Of a stretch of DNA of 64,000 nucleotides, positions 38,619 through 47,025 are shown piece after piece. Under the pieces are notes generated by a model, which saw only the letters and a list, made by a program, of their open reading frames with translations, was not told the DNA's origin and did not search any database. Origin of the DNA: an uncultured bacterium (lineage in GTDB: Bacteria; Verrucomicrobiota; Verrucomicrobiia; Verrucomicrobiales; DEV007); NCBI GenBank assembly GCA_963977015.1, contig CAXBMO010000004.1, forward strand, positions 96,001 to 160,000, read 5' to 3'. The position numbers and the translations under genes were made by a program. Position 1 is the stretch's first letter. Every line of letters begins with the position of its first letter.

Positions 38619-40070
38619 CTAGGATTTGGGTTTGATTCGTTGACCAGGCTTGAGATCCCCTGGTGGGTTTGTGACGACGCGATCCCCCGGCTTGAGCCCG
38701 TCCAGAACCAGCCGATGATCCTCCCGCTTTTCCGGTCCCAGTTGCACCGTCTGCCGGACGACACGTTTGCCACTGGCGTCAAGCAACCAGACCTGCGCCT
38801 CATTGCCGGACGCCTCAAGGAGCGCAGACTCCGGCACGTAAAGATTGACCCGTTCGTTCGCAACCGCGCCGGAATCCGAGCTGGTGAGACGCCCCGAAGT
38901 CAGCGCCAGAAACTCGGCCCGGCAGAGCATTTCCGGACGCAACCGCGAATCGGGATCTTGAATCCGCACCTTGGCCTGGAGCGTGTTTCGCTGAAGGTCC
39001 GCCTCCCCCACAATCCGGGTCACCGTCCCGCGAAACGTCCGGTCCGGCAAAAAATTCGAGCGCACCCGCACCGGCTGCCCCCCGGCGAGTTGAGCTGCCT
39101 CTTCCAGTGGCACATCAATCCGCGCCTGCAGGTGATCCGGCTGATACAGAATCGCGATGGTGGCGGAATCCGGATCGTCCATTCCCAACATGCGTTTCTG
39201 CCCCGGGACCGCGAGCAACCGCAATACAATCCCGTCCACCGGTGAAAGGATCCGCGTCCGGTCCAGGGCCAGCTGCCGTCGCGCAACCTCCGTCTCCGCC
39301 TCCTTCACCCGGGCGGTAAAGTCCTTGGCCATCTCTCGGTGCTGCTGCCATTTTCCGCGCAGCTCCTGTTCGGTCGCGGCAACGGCCTCGATCTCCGCCT
39401 CCTGAGTCGCCAGTTGCAGCCGCGCCTCCGCCACCTCGCGCTCCGGAACATTGCCCTTGGGCAGTTCCGTCAGGCGCCGCGCCCGGTCCGCCAGGTCCGT
39501 TCGTTTTGCCTCCGCCGCGACCAACTGCTTTTTCAAGGTCTCGACCTCCGCCTCAATCACCTGGATCAACCCATGGTGTGCCGCCTCCTGTGCCCGAAGC
39601 GAAGCCAGGCGACTCCGGGCCGTCTCCAAATCCAACCGGGCATCCTCGTCAATCAACGTCGCCAGCACCTGCCCTTTCTCGACCGTGGCTCCCTCCAGCA
39701 CTTCCACCCGATCGACCACTCCATCCACCAACGCCGTCGCCTTGATCGGGAGCGGATCAGGTTCAATCCAACCGGACGCCTGAAACAACATGGGTGCCGC
39801 GTAAGGATCGCCGGCCGTAGGAGTTGCCTCCTGCCGAACCCCCGCTTCGGCGCGCACCGTCACCACGGTTTCCAACGCCACTTCGCGAGCCGGCATCAGC
39901 CGTTCGCCCAAAAGGAGAACGAGGAGAAGCACAAACCCGAGCAGAATTCCAAGTGGAATCAGCGCGGCCAGACGCGCCTTCCAAACCGTGGTGGCTGAAG
40001 AGGTTTCGGAAGGTGCATCGTCCGAGCGGACGGAGCTTTTCAGTAGAGTTGTTAGTCGATCATTCGTCAT
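38619..40070 (-). CDS. Efflux periplasmic adaptor (MacA/HlyD family)
   Basis: Single TM, VEVLEGATVEKGQVLA lipoyl half-motif, coiled coil, SPVDG, LRPEM, GLKPGDRVV. Confidence 0.92.
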   Translation of the reverse strand: MTNDRLTTLLKSSVRSDDAPSETSSATTVWKARLAALIPLGILLGFVLLLVLLLGERLMPAREVALETVVTVRAEAGVRQEATPTAGDPYAAPMLFQASGWIEPDPLPIKATALVDGVVDRVEVLEGATVEKGQVLATLIDEDARLDLETARSRLASLRAQEAAHHGLIQVIEAEVETLKKQLVAAEAKRTDLADRARRLTELPKGNVPEREVAEARLQLATQEAEIEAVAATEQELRGKWQQHREMAKDFTARVKEAETEVARRQLALDRTRILSPVDGIVLRLLAVPGQKRMLGMDDPDSATIAILYQPDHLQARIDVPLEEAAQLAGGQPVRVRSNFLPDRTFRGTVTRIVGEADLQRNTLQAKVRIQDPDSRLRPEMLCRAEFLALTSGRLTSSDSGAVANERVNLYVPESALLEASGNEAQVWLLDASGKRVVRQTVQLGPEKREDHRLVLDGLKPGDRVVTNPPGDLKPGQRIKPKS

Positions 40071-40232
40071 CGTAAATTCCGCGAGAGAGGTAGAGGTGAA
40101 AGCCGGGCGAAAGGCCTGGTGGTGCTTTCAAGCGGATTGAACCTGCGAATGGTTCCTTCCGCGCCAAGAATCAAGGCAACCGGCCGACTCCAGCACGGAA
40201 CGGGCCTGCCACCTGTAGTAAAGGCGCGGGAA

Positions 40233-40616
40233 TCAGAGCAGACGGACCTGTCGCTGAGCCAAACCGGTCCGCAACGGCGGCGGCGGAAGCTCGGGAATCG
40301 ACGGTGGAGCCAACTCTCGCTGGCTCGAACGAAACAACCCGGAGTGCAGAACATCGCTCGGGAGAAGAAATTGGAACGAGCAGCCCGGAACCGACGCAGT
40401 GGCCGGAGCGGTGAAAAAATCCCCCAGCGAAGGCAACTCCACACAGCAATCGCTCTCCTGGTTCGTCGTCACCTCATCAGAGCCGCAGCAACTGTGCTCA
40501 ACCGGCGAGCAAAAATCGTTTTGAGACGTGCAAAACTCCATCCCGGTCATCGGACGCGCCACGGCAATCCCCAGAAACAGGGGAAGAAGCAGAATGGCCT
40601 GGAGACAGCGGATCAC
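40233..40616 (-). CDS. Small Cys-rich exported protein with C-terminal Pro run (DUF2946-like leader candidate)
   Basis: GTG at 40616; hydrophobic N-terminus; C-x6-C-x6-CC-x12-CC; ends APPSIPELPPPPLRTGLAQRQVRLL. Confidence 0.65.
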   Translation of the reverse strand: MIRCLQAILLLPLFLGIAVARPMTGMEFCTSQNDFCSPVEHSCCGSDEVTTNQESDCCVELPSLGDFFTAPATASVPGCSFQFLLPSDVLHSGLFRSSQRELAPPSIPELPPPPLRTGLAQRQVRLL

Positions 40617-40690
40617 GAATTCGAAGATGGTTTTCGAAACCGGGCATGCCAACAGGAATGGAGCAGGTGCGATGGGAAGCTCACAACACC

Positions 40691-40773
40691 GTAGCGGAAT
40701 TTGCCAAAAATTCCGACCGAAGATCGCATCGGCCTTCGGAAGGTTCTGCGGAAGATTTCGCATCTTCCGCTAC
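40691..40773. repeat. Inverted REP doublet (REPIN-like)
   Basis: GTAGCGGAATTTGCCAAAAATTCCG (40691-40715, +) and GTAGCGGAAGATGCGAAATCTTCCG (40749-40773, -). Confidence 0.88.
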
Positions 40774-41345
40774 GATTTTTCCCGCTCCCGGAGCAGCCAG
40801 TAAAGCTTCCAGAACGATTCCCAAAATTCGTCCGTCCACACATCGAGTTCCGGATAGCCAGGCACGAGACATCCGGCAAACGGGTAACTTGGAAGCTCGT
40901 CGTAATCCGCGACCAACCCGGCGCGGAGCGGATTCTCCTGAACGTAACCGGCCACCTTTTCGAAAATGCTCGGCTTCCGTGAATCTTCACGAAGAACGTG
41001 GTCGTAACCTTGTTTTTGCAGCTGGAATCCTTCCGGGCGAAGGACCCAATTCAGTTGCTTCCGAAAATAGCGCATCGCGACCCGCTGGTCCGAGGACTCG
41101 TGGTAGCCCATCAGGAGCAGATGCAGATGATCAGGCATCAGGACATAGCTCGGACAGATCACATGGTAGCGAAACGCCATGTGGGTGAGTAGTTCGCGAA
41201 ACCGGGCGTGGAACAGCTCTGTCAGCCAGCCTTGCTTCCGCTCCTCAATGGTCATCGACCAGTGAACGACGGCGTAATCGCGATACGCTTCGGGAGGCAG
41301 GCGCCGCAGATAGGAATGTTCCTCGATCGGACTCTTCTCATTCAT
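40770..41345 (-). mobile_element. REP-associated tyrosine transposase (RAYT/TnpA-REP, HUH Y1)
   Basis: YVLMPDHLHLLL (HUH), QKQGYDHVLR and YVQENPLRAGLV (catalytic Tyr); 191 aa; flanked by GTAG hairpins. Confidence 0.9.
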
Positions 41346-41346
41346 C

Positions 41347-41454
41347 GTAGCGGAATTTACCAAAATTCCGACCGCTGCAATGCGCAAGGCTGACGATCGG
41401 AAGATTTTGCATCTTCCGCTACAGCCCTCGTAGCGGAATTTGCAAAAAATTCCG
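41347..41454. repeat. Three alternating REP hairpins
   Basis: 41347-41370 (+) GTAGCGGAATTTACCAAAATTCCG; 41398-41422 (-) GTAGCGGAAGATGCAAAATCTTCCG; 41430-41454 (+) GTAGCGGAATTTGCAAAAAATTCCG. Confidence 0.88.
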
Positions 41455-41538
41455 ATTCCCAGATGTTTGAGGAGGTCGAATGGCGTCGACGTTCCGCATC
41501 TCGGGCCCGATGGTTCGGGATTCCACTGAAGGCGCAGC

Positions 41539-42978
41539 CTACCGGGAACCCAGAGCAGCGCTGAGGATCTCGAGATTGCGGCAGAAGACGGCGCTATCGA
41601 TGTATAGCTCGCCCGGCTGGAACTTGGGCTGACCGACGAGAAGTTCGCCGCCGAAGGTGGAGATCCAGCGGCCTTGATCGTCCAGGGCGGCGAGGATTTC
41701 GGCGACAGTGGGATCGGGCTGCAACGGGGGCAGGATTTGGTCAATGTCAGGGAGTTTCCCGGTTTTGAGAAGACCTTGCCAGGCCGCTTCGATCGTCTGG
41801 ATGCGGGAAGGATTCTTCCAGCCGTAGTGACTGGGAAGACGGGAGTCGTCGTAGGTTAGGGAGTAGGCCTTGCCCTGGCGTTCCATGAAGAGCGGTTGAT
41901 TGGTTTGCACCTCGTAATATCTGGCCAGCATTCCGCCGTCCAATTCCGAGCGTTTGAGGTAGGCAATGGCTTTGGGAATGGGCTTGAGAAATTGTTGATC
42001 GCGAAGATAAGCCGCGATTTGCAGGAGGGTGACGATGACGCCTTCCGATTCCCGGCCGGCGACGGCTGGCGGCTCGAATTTTCGCGCCCAGATGGGCTGC
42101 ATCTCGTAGTTGTATTGCTGCGCCCAGCCGGATTGAGGCTCGGGCAATTGTGCCAGGATGAGAAACTTGCCCAAGCGTTTCAGCGCATCGGAATAACGAT
42201 CATGCTGATAGGCTTGATGGGCGACCATGAGCGTTTTGGCGACGGCGGGTGCCAGGCCGTCGTTGAGGGTGTATTGGCGCCAGTATTCCTTGATTCGTCC
42301 CTCCGTGCGCCAGTCGTAGTTGGGAAAATTGGCCCGCTTATCGACCGGCAATCCCGCGGGTTGCGGAGCGTCGTCCCAACCCTGGGGAAAGGCGCCGTTT
42401 GGAAACTGGGCTGCCAGCAAGGCGTCGAGCGCGATGGTAACGGATTCATGCACCTTCGCGTTCTTGAATCCGGTCGCGTGATCCAACTGGACCAGAAACT
42501 GGATCGCGGCTTGCGAGATATCGTCGTCGAGGGTTGAGAAGTTTCGCCCCTTGCCCTGGCCGTTTCGATACAGGCCAGCCCGGGGACTTTTCGGATCGAA
42601 GTCTACGAGATTCGTCCAGGCTCCGGACTTGAGTTGGCCATGGATCAGGGCATCTGCGGCCGCCAAAGCCGCCTCCAGATAATAGGGATCGCCGGTCGCC
42701 CGATGGGCCTTGAGATAGGCAAGGCCAACCGAGGGAGTTCCCGGAGGTTGCACCCAGATCTGGTTCTCGGTCGCGATCCCTTCGCCCGACCGTTTGGAGA
42801 AATCGGGAGCGGTATAGTAAACATAGCCGCCGTGGCGCGCGATCTTCTCCCCATAAAATACCGATGCCCGTTTCATGGCAGAGGCGATTTCCCGCGAATC
42901 GGGTTCGGCCTCCGCTCCTCCGGACAGGACAACGACAAAGACGGGAAGGAGGAAGCGGATCGGGAATGGATGGGGCAT
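41539..42978 (-). CDS. Pectate lyase, PL10-like
   Basis: STLDDDIS, AQFPNGAFPQ, TLNDG, GWAQQY, WARKFEPPA; signal peptide. Confidence 0.82.
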   Translation of the reverse strand: MPHPFPIRFLLPVFVVVLSGGAEAEPDSREIASAMKRASVFYGEKIARHGGYVYYTAPDFSKRSGEGIATENQIWVQPPGTPSVGLAYLKAHRATGDPYYLEAALAAADALIHGQLKSGAWTNLVDFDPKSPRAGLYRNGQGKGRNFSTLDDDISQAAIQFLVQLDHATGFKNAKVHESVTIALDALLAAQFPNGAFPQGWDDAPQPAGLPVDKRANFPNYDWRTEGRIKEYWRQYTLNDGLAPAVAKTLMVAHQAYQHDRYSDALKRLGKFLILAQLPEPQSGWAQQYNYEMQPIWARKFEPPAVAGRESEGVIVTLLQIAAYLRDQQFLKPIPKAIAYLKRSELDGGMLARYYEVQTNQPLFMERQGKAYSLTYDDSRLPSHYGWKNPSRIQTIEAAWQGLLKTGKLPDIDQILPPLQPDPTVAEILAALDDQGRWISTFGGELLVGQPKFQPGELYIDSAVFCRNLEILSAALGSR

Positions 42979-43039
42979 GAGAAGCGGGGGTTTGGTCACC
43001 AAACTACCCTGCTCTGCCCCGGAATTGGAACCAAAATCG

Positions 43040-44506
43040 CTACTTCCCTTCCGCCAGCCACTGTTTCTGCTGGCGAATGTTCTTTCGGATCTCGGCGAGC
43101 CGCTCCGGACGTCGCGCCTTCAGTCCTTTCAGGTATTCAGCCATGTCGCTGTTGTAGGCCTTGGGATCTTCCGGCGTCTGCCCGGCGTCCTGAGTCTCGA
43201 CGATCCAGTTCTCAAGCAAGAGACGATGTTTCCGAAGTTCGCCACGAAGTTTTGGATCTTTGGCGAGGTTGTTGGTTTCCCACGGATCGGCTTCCAAATC
43301 GTAGAATTCTTCCATCGGACGCGTTTCCGCCACCAGGCGCGATTGAAGCTCGTTCAGCTTCCCTTCCGCCCCCAATTCCCGAATCCTCGCGATGATTGGT
43401 TTGTTATCCTTATAGGCATTGGGCTGAAGGTGAGGACGCTCCGGATGAAAGTTGCGAATGTATTTATACTTCGCGGTCCGAACCGAGCGGATCCGGTCCA
43501 TTGTTTCATCACAACGATCCCGCGCCGAAACCACGAAGTCCCGGGGATTGGCGTTGTCTCCAAACAAGGGGCGGCCTTCCATCGACTCAGGAATCTCGAC
43601 CCCGGCAAAATCCAGCGACGTCGCCGAGAGATCGATATGAGCGACGAGGTCGGTTCGCCGCGTGCCGGGCTCAACCGCTCCGGGCGCGCGAATGATCAGG
43701 GGCACCTTGATTCCTTCTTCATACATGAACTGCTTGCCGCGAGCGTGGCTGATTCCGTGATCCGTGAGAAAGACGACCACGGTATTGTCCGCAACGTTCT
43801 CCGCTTCCAGTTTGGCCAAAATTTTGCCGACTTCGTGATCCACCAACAAGACACTGGCGAGGTAGTCCGCCCAGTCTTCCCGAAGCACCGCATCGTCTGG
43901 ATAGTAGGGCGGGAGCTTGACTTGATCCGCAGTGGGGAGTTGATCCGCGGGCAGAAGTTCATTGCTTCGGACGGCCCGGTTCTTCCCTCCCGCAAGTTGA
44001 TACTGGGCAAAGAACGGCTGGCCCTCTTCGCGCTGGGTCCAGTCATTCCCGTCGTAAAGATCATCCGCCGTTTCGAAGTTGTAATCGGTCTTTCCGATGG
44101 CATCCGGCTTCTTGGGATTCACCTTCGCTCCGGAGTTGGTGACATAGTATCCAGCATCCTTGAGCAAGTCGGGAATCGTGGAGATATGTTCGGGAAGATG
44201 AATGCGTATCTCGCCCCGGCCGCTGCGATGCTGATGGGCGCCAATGGTGGTTTGATACATCCCGGTGATCATCGCGGATCTACTTGGTGAACATACCGGG
44301 CAGGTTACGAACGCGTTCTCAAAGAGCGCCCCTTCCGACGCCAGCTTGTCGACATTCGGCGTTTGGATCGTCGTCTCGCCGTAGCAACTGAAATGGTCGG
44401 ACATGTCCTCCACCACAATCCAGACGATGTTGGGTTGATCAGAGAGTGCGAACAGTGGCGCATTGCCCAACAGCAAAGCGGTTAGAATATGAAGAAGGGG
44501 TTTCAT
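43040..44506 (-). CDS. Sulfatase (S1)
   Basis: PNIVWIVVED, CSPSRS, TDHG, EEFYDL..DPWETNNL. Confidence 0.92.
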   Translation of the reverse strand: MKPLLHILTALLLGNAPLFALSDQPNIVWIVVEDMSDHFSCYGETTIQTPNVDKLASEGALFENAFVTCPVCSPSRSAMITGMYQTTIGAHQHRSGRGEIRIHLPEHISTIPDLLKDAGYYVTNSGAKVNPKKPDAIGKTDYNFETADDLYDGNDWTQREEGQPFFAQYQLAGGKNRAVRSNELLPADQLPTADQVKLPPYYPDDAVLREDWADYLASVLLVDHEVGKILAKLEAENVADNTVVVFLTDHGISHARGKQFMYEEGIKVPLIIRAPGAVEPGTRRTDLVAHIDLSATSLDFAGVEIPESMEGRPLFGDNANPRDFVVSARDRCDETMDRIRSVRTAKYKYIRNFHPERPHLQPNAYKDNKPIIARIRELGAEGKLNELQSRLVAETRPMEEFYDLEADPWETNNLAKDPKLRGELRKHRLLLENWIVETQDAGQTPEDPKAYNSDMAEYLKGLKARRPERLAEIRKNIRQQKQWLAEGK

Positions 44507-44568
44507 AATGGTGACGGGTTTGGTGGCACTGAAGCCGGAGACGGGAAAATCGCAAGCGGGAGAGAAAC

Positions 44569-46569
44569 CTATCCCTTGGCGCGCTCGGCAGCGGCACGAG
44601 CTGCGCTCGCATCCGCCTTGGCCTGCTCCAGTGCCTGCTCGGAATCCTTCAGGGCCGTCAACGCCACCAGGGTGGTATCGACTCGAGACACATTGAGTGG
44701 CTTCTTCGTCGCCTTGGCCGCCTTCTCCGCAGCCTCCGCCACCAGTTTCGAGGCCGCCTTGACCTTTGCCGCGGCGATTTGGGCTTCGTCCAGCGCCGCC
44801 TTTGCTTCATCAACCTTCGTCGTCGCCGCCGTCACTTCGTTTTCCAGCGGGGGAACCGTGTCAGCCGTTTGCGTTCCCGCAGCCACCGCTGCTTTCGCGC
44901 TGGCCACCTTCGCTATGGCGGTTTTCACCTTCGCTTCCGCCGCACTAACCGCTTTCTTCGCTTCCGCGATGGCTCCATCGGCATTGGCAACCTGAAGAGC
45001 GACCTGGCCGATCAGACGTTTCGTCTCCCGAACCGCGCGGCGTTCCGCAATGATATCCCGCCAATCGTGCACCTGGTAGCCATCTCCCAATCCGCCAAGC
45101 CCATCGATCAGGGACTCACACTTTTCCTTCCACTTCAGCAAGTCCGGGGGACCTTTCGTCTCATCTTTGGAACCGGGAAAGACAACATAGGTAACCTTCA
45201 AATCACTGACCGGCCGATTGTAGGGACTGGCTTTGGGGTTGATGGTTTGGGCAACGAACAGGCTGGCTTCGCCCATCTTCCATGATGGCCCCGCATCACC
45301 ACACAGCACGGGATAAACTTTGGAACCATAGACCACCGCAGCGTAATCGCCGATTTCCGGGGCATGGGAAACCTTCCCAACCTGACGAAGCAAGGAGAGC
45401 GGCAACACGATGAAGGGATCCGCTTCCGCGATGAGAAAGCTGCGAAACTTCAGGTCAGAGATGATGCGCTTCAACTCATCGCGACGATTGACGAGGTAGC
45501 GGTTTCGGGACGCCGACAAGCCGGGAATCTTATACTCTTCAGTCACATCCTTGAGCTCCTTCTCCAACCGGGGAATCAACGGATTGAGCGTGCTTCCCGT
45601 CTTGGCCCAACCGTAGCTCGTCGTCGGTTGATAGTAGTTGGAAAGCGAAATGTAGTCGTCGATTGTCGGCATGCGATCGCCATCGGAACCGTCGGCCACC
45701 ACATCCATTTCACCCTGCATCAACAAGGCTTTCTGGCCTGTGTCCGGATGGGTTAACTGAAGAATGGTCTCGCAATCAAAGTAGTTGTGACGCGTTTCCA
45801 GCTTCTCCAACCGCGTCATGTAGGTTTTGATGCGGTCGTTCTTCAGGCTGTAAAGCTTATCATAAAATGGAGAGACCTTGGAGGTTTCGACCAGCGTGTC
45901 CAAACTGGGAAGAATGGTGGGCAGCAGAGGATTGAGCGCAGCGAGTTCGGCCACACTTTGATTCGCCTTGGGAACATTGATCTTAAGCTTGATCTCGAAT
46001 TGATAGGCATCGTCCGAAATCCGTTCCTTGGTTGCCGTATCGCCCTTCTGGAGGTCGAGCGTGGTTTTGACGCCAACGCCATTGAACAGCTTCGCAACGT
46101 CATACTCCTGCCGTGGAAGCAATTTGGGCGCCGGCGGAATGTCTGCCGGTGGTTCCTCCACGGTTTCTTCGGGCGTCTCGACTTCGGCCGGTTCGTCTTC
46201 CCCGATCGGTTGAGCGACCAACGGGGCCCGCTCTGCCGCGGCTTTGGCAGAGGCCAATTCCTGTTCCAGCTTGGCAATTTTCGCCTTGGCCTCCTCCAAT
46301 TGCTTGGTATCGACGACTTTTTCGCCATCCGAGCGGAGCGTTTTTTGGACCTCACGCTTTAGCCGGGAACCCGTGTCCGTAAAATAAACCAAAAAGGGAA
46401 TGGATATGAGGCACAGCAAAATTACCAGAAGAATGAGATTCCCCAGCGCATTGGAAAATGCCGATGGTTTCGGTTCGGGAGGTCCCGAGGGCGGCTCCGA
46501 TTCTTCCGCCGCATGAACCTGCGCAGCGATCGGATTTTCTGGGGGTTCGTTGGATTTTTTCTCAGCCAT
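44569..46569 (-). CDS. Membrane-anchored GH75 (chitosanase-like) domain protein with Ala/Lys-rich coiled-coil tail
   Basis: N-terminal TM; MDVVADG, PFIVLP, GDYAAV, GDAGP..KMGEAS and VTYVVFPGS motifs. Confidence 0.72.
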   Translation of the reverse strand: MAEKKSNEPPENPIAAQVHAAEESEPPSGPPEPKPSAFSNALGNLILLVILLCLISIPFLVYFTDTGSRLKREVQKTLRSDGEKVVDTKQLEEAKAKIAKLEQELASAKAAAERAPLVAQPIGEDEPAEVETPEETVEEPPADIPPAPKLLPRQEYDVAKLFNGVGVKTTLDLQKGDTATKERISDDAYQFEIKLKINVPKANQSVAELAALNPLLPTILPSLDTLVETSKVSPFYDKLYSLKNDRIKTYMTRLEKLETRHNYFDCETILQLTHPDTGQKALLMQGEMDVVADGSDGDRMPTIDDYISLSNYYQPTTSYGWAKTGSTLNPLIPRLEKELKDVTEEYKIPGLSASRNRYLVNRRDELKRIISDLKFRSFLIAEADPFIVLPLSLLRQVGKVSHAPEIGDYAAVVYGSKVYPVLCGDAGPSWKMGEASLFVAQTINPKASPYNRPVSDLKVTYVVFPGSKDETKGPPDLLKWKEKCESLIDGLGGLGDGYQVHDWRDIIAERRAVRETKRLIGQVALQVANADGAIAEAKKAVSAAEAKVKTAIAKVASAKAAVAAGTQTADTVPPLENEVTAATTKVDEAKAALDEAQIAAAKVKAASKLVAEAAEKAAKATKKPLNVSRVDTTLVALTALKDSEQALEQAKADASAARAAAERAKG

Positions 46570-46644
46570 GAATCAAAATGGTGGGCAAGATAGGATAAAT
46601 CGCGTCCACTTTGGACGTTGGCAACCTCTCAATTGTTTCACCCA

Positions 46645-47004
46645 ATGACGATTCAGCAACTTCGAGACCAGGAACCGTTTACGACGAAAGACGGATCCAC
46701 CATCCGCAGCATCCTCGATCTCACCAATGCGCCGGTGCAAAACCAAAGCTTGGCCGAAGCCACGCTGCCCGATGGCGCCGCGACCGATCGGCACTTTCAC
46801 AAGGTCTCCGAGGAGCTGTATTTCATTCAGGAAGGCACCGGAACCATGGAGATCGATGGCAATACCCGGACCGTCAGCCCCGGAGATGCCATTTTGATCC
46901 CTCCGGGGGCATGGCACCAGATTCGGGCGACCGAGGCGCTCCGTTTTCTGTGTTGCTGCGCTCCTCCTTATTCGCATGACGACACGTATTTCTCGGAGGA
47001 TTGA
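46645..47004 (+). CDS. Cupin domain protein
   Basis: HFH...EELY and PGDAILIPPGAWH cupin motifs. Confidence 0.88.
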   Translation: MTIQQLRDQEPFTTKDGSTIRSILDLTNAPVQNQSLAEATLPDGAATDRHFHKVSEELYFIQEGTGTMEIDGNTRTVSPGDAILIPPGAWHQIRATEALRFLCCCAPPYSHDDTYFSED

Positions 47005-47025
47005 TGGATTTTGAAAGCGGCCTGA

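Noticed and set aside
40691-41454. CRISPR array interpretation of the ~25-bp repeats with ~30-bp spacers
   Set aside because: Copies alternate in orientation, carry GTAG feet, flank a HUH transposase, and no cas genes are present.
41346-41744. Long N-terminal extension of the RAYT ORF
   Set aside because: Runs through the REPs and the end of the pectate lyase gene; RAYT-like sequence starts at 41345.
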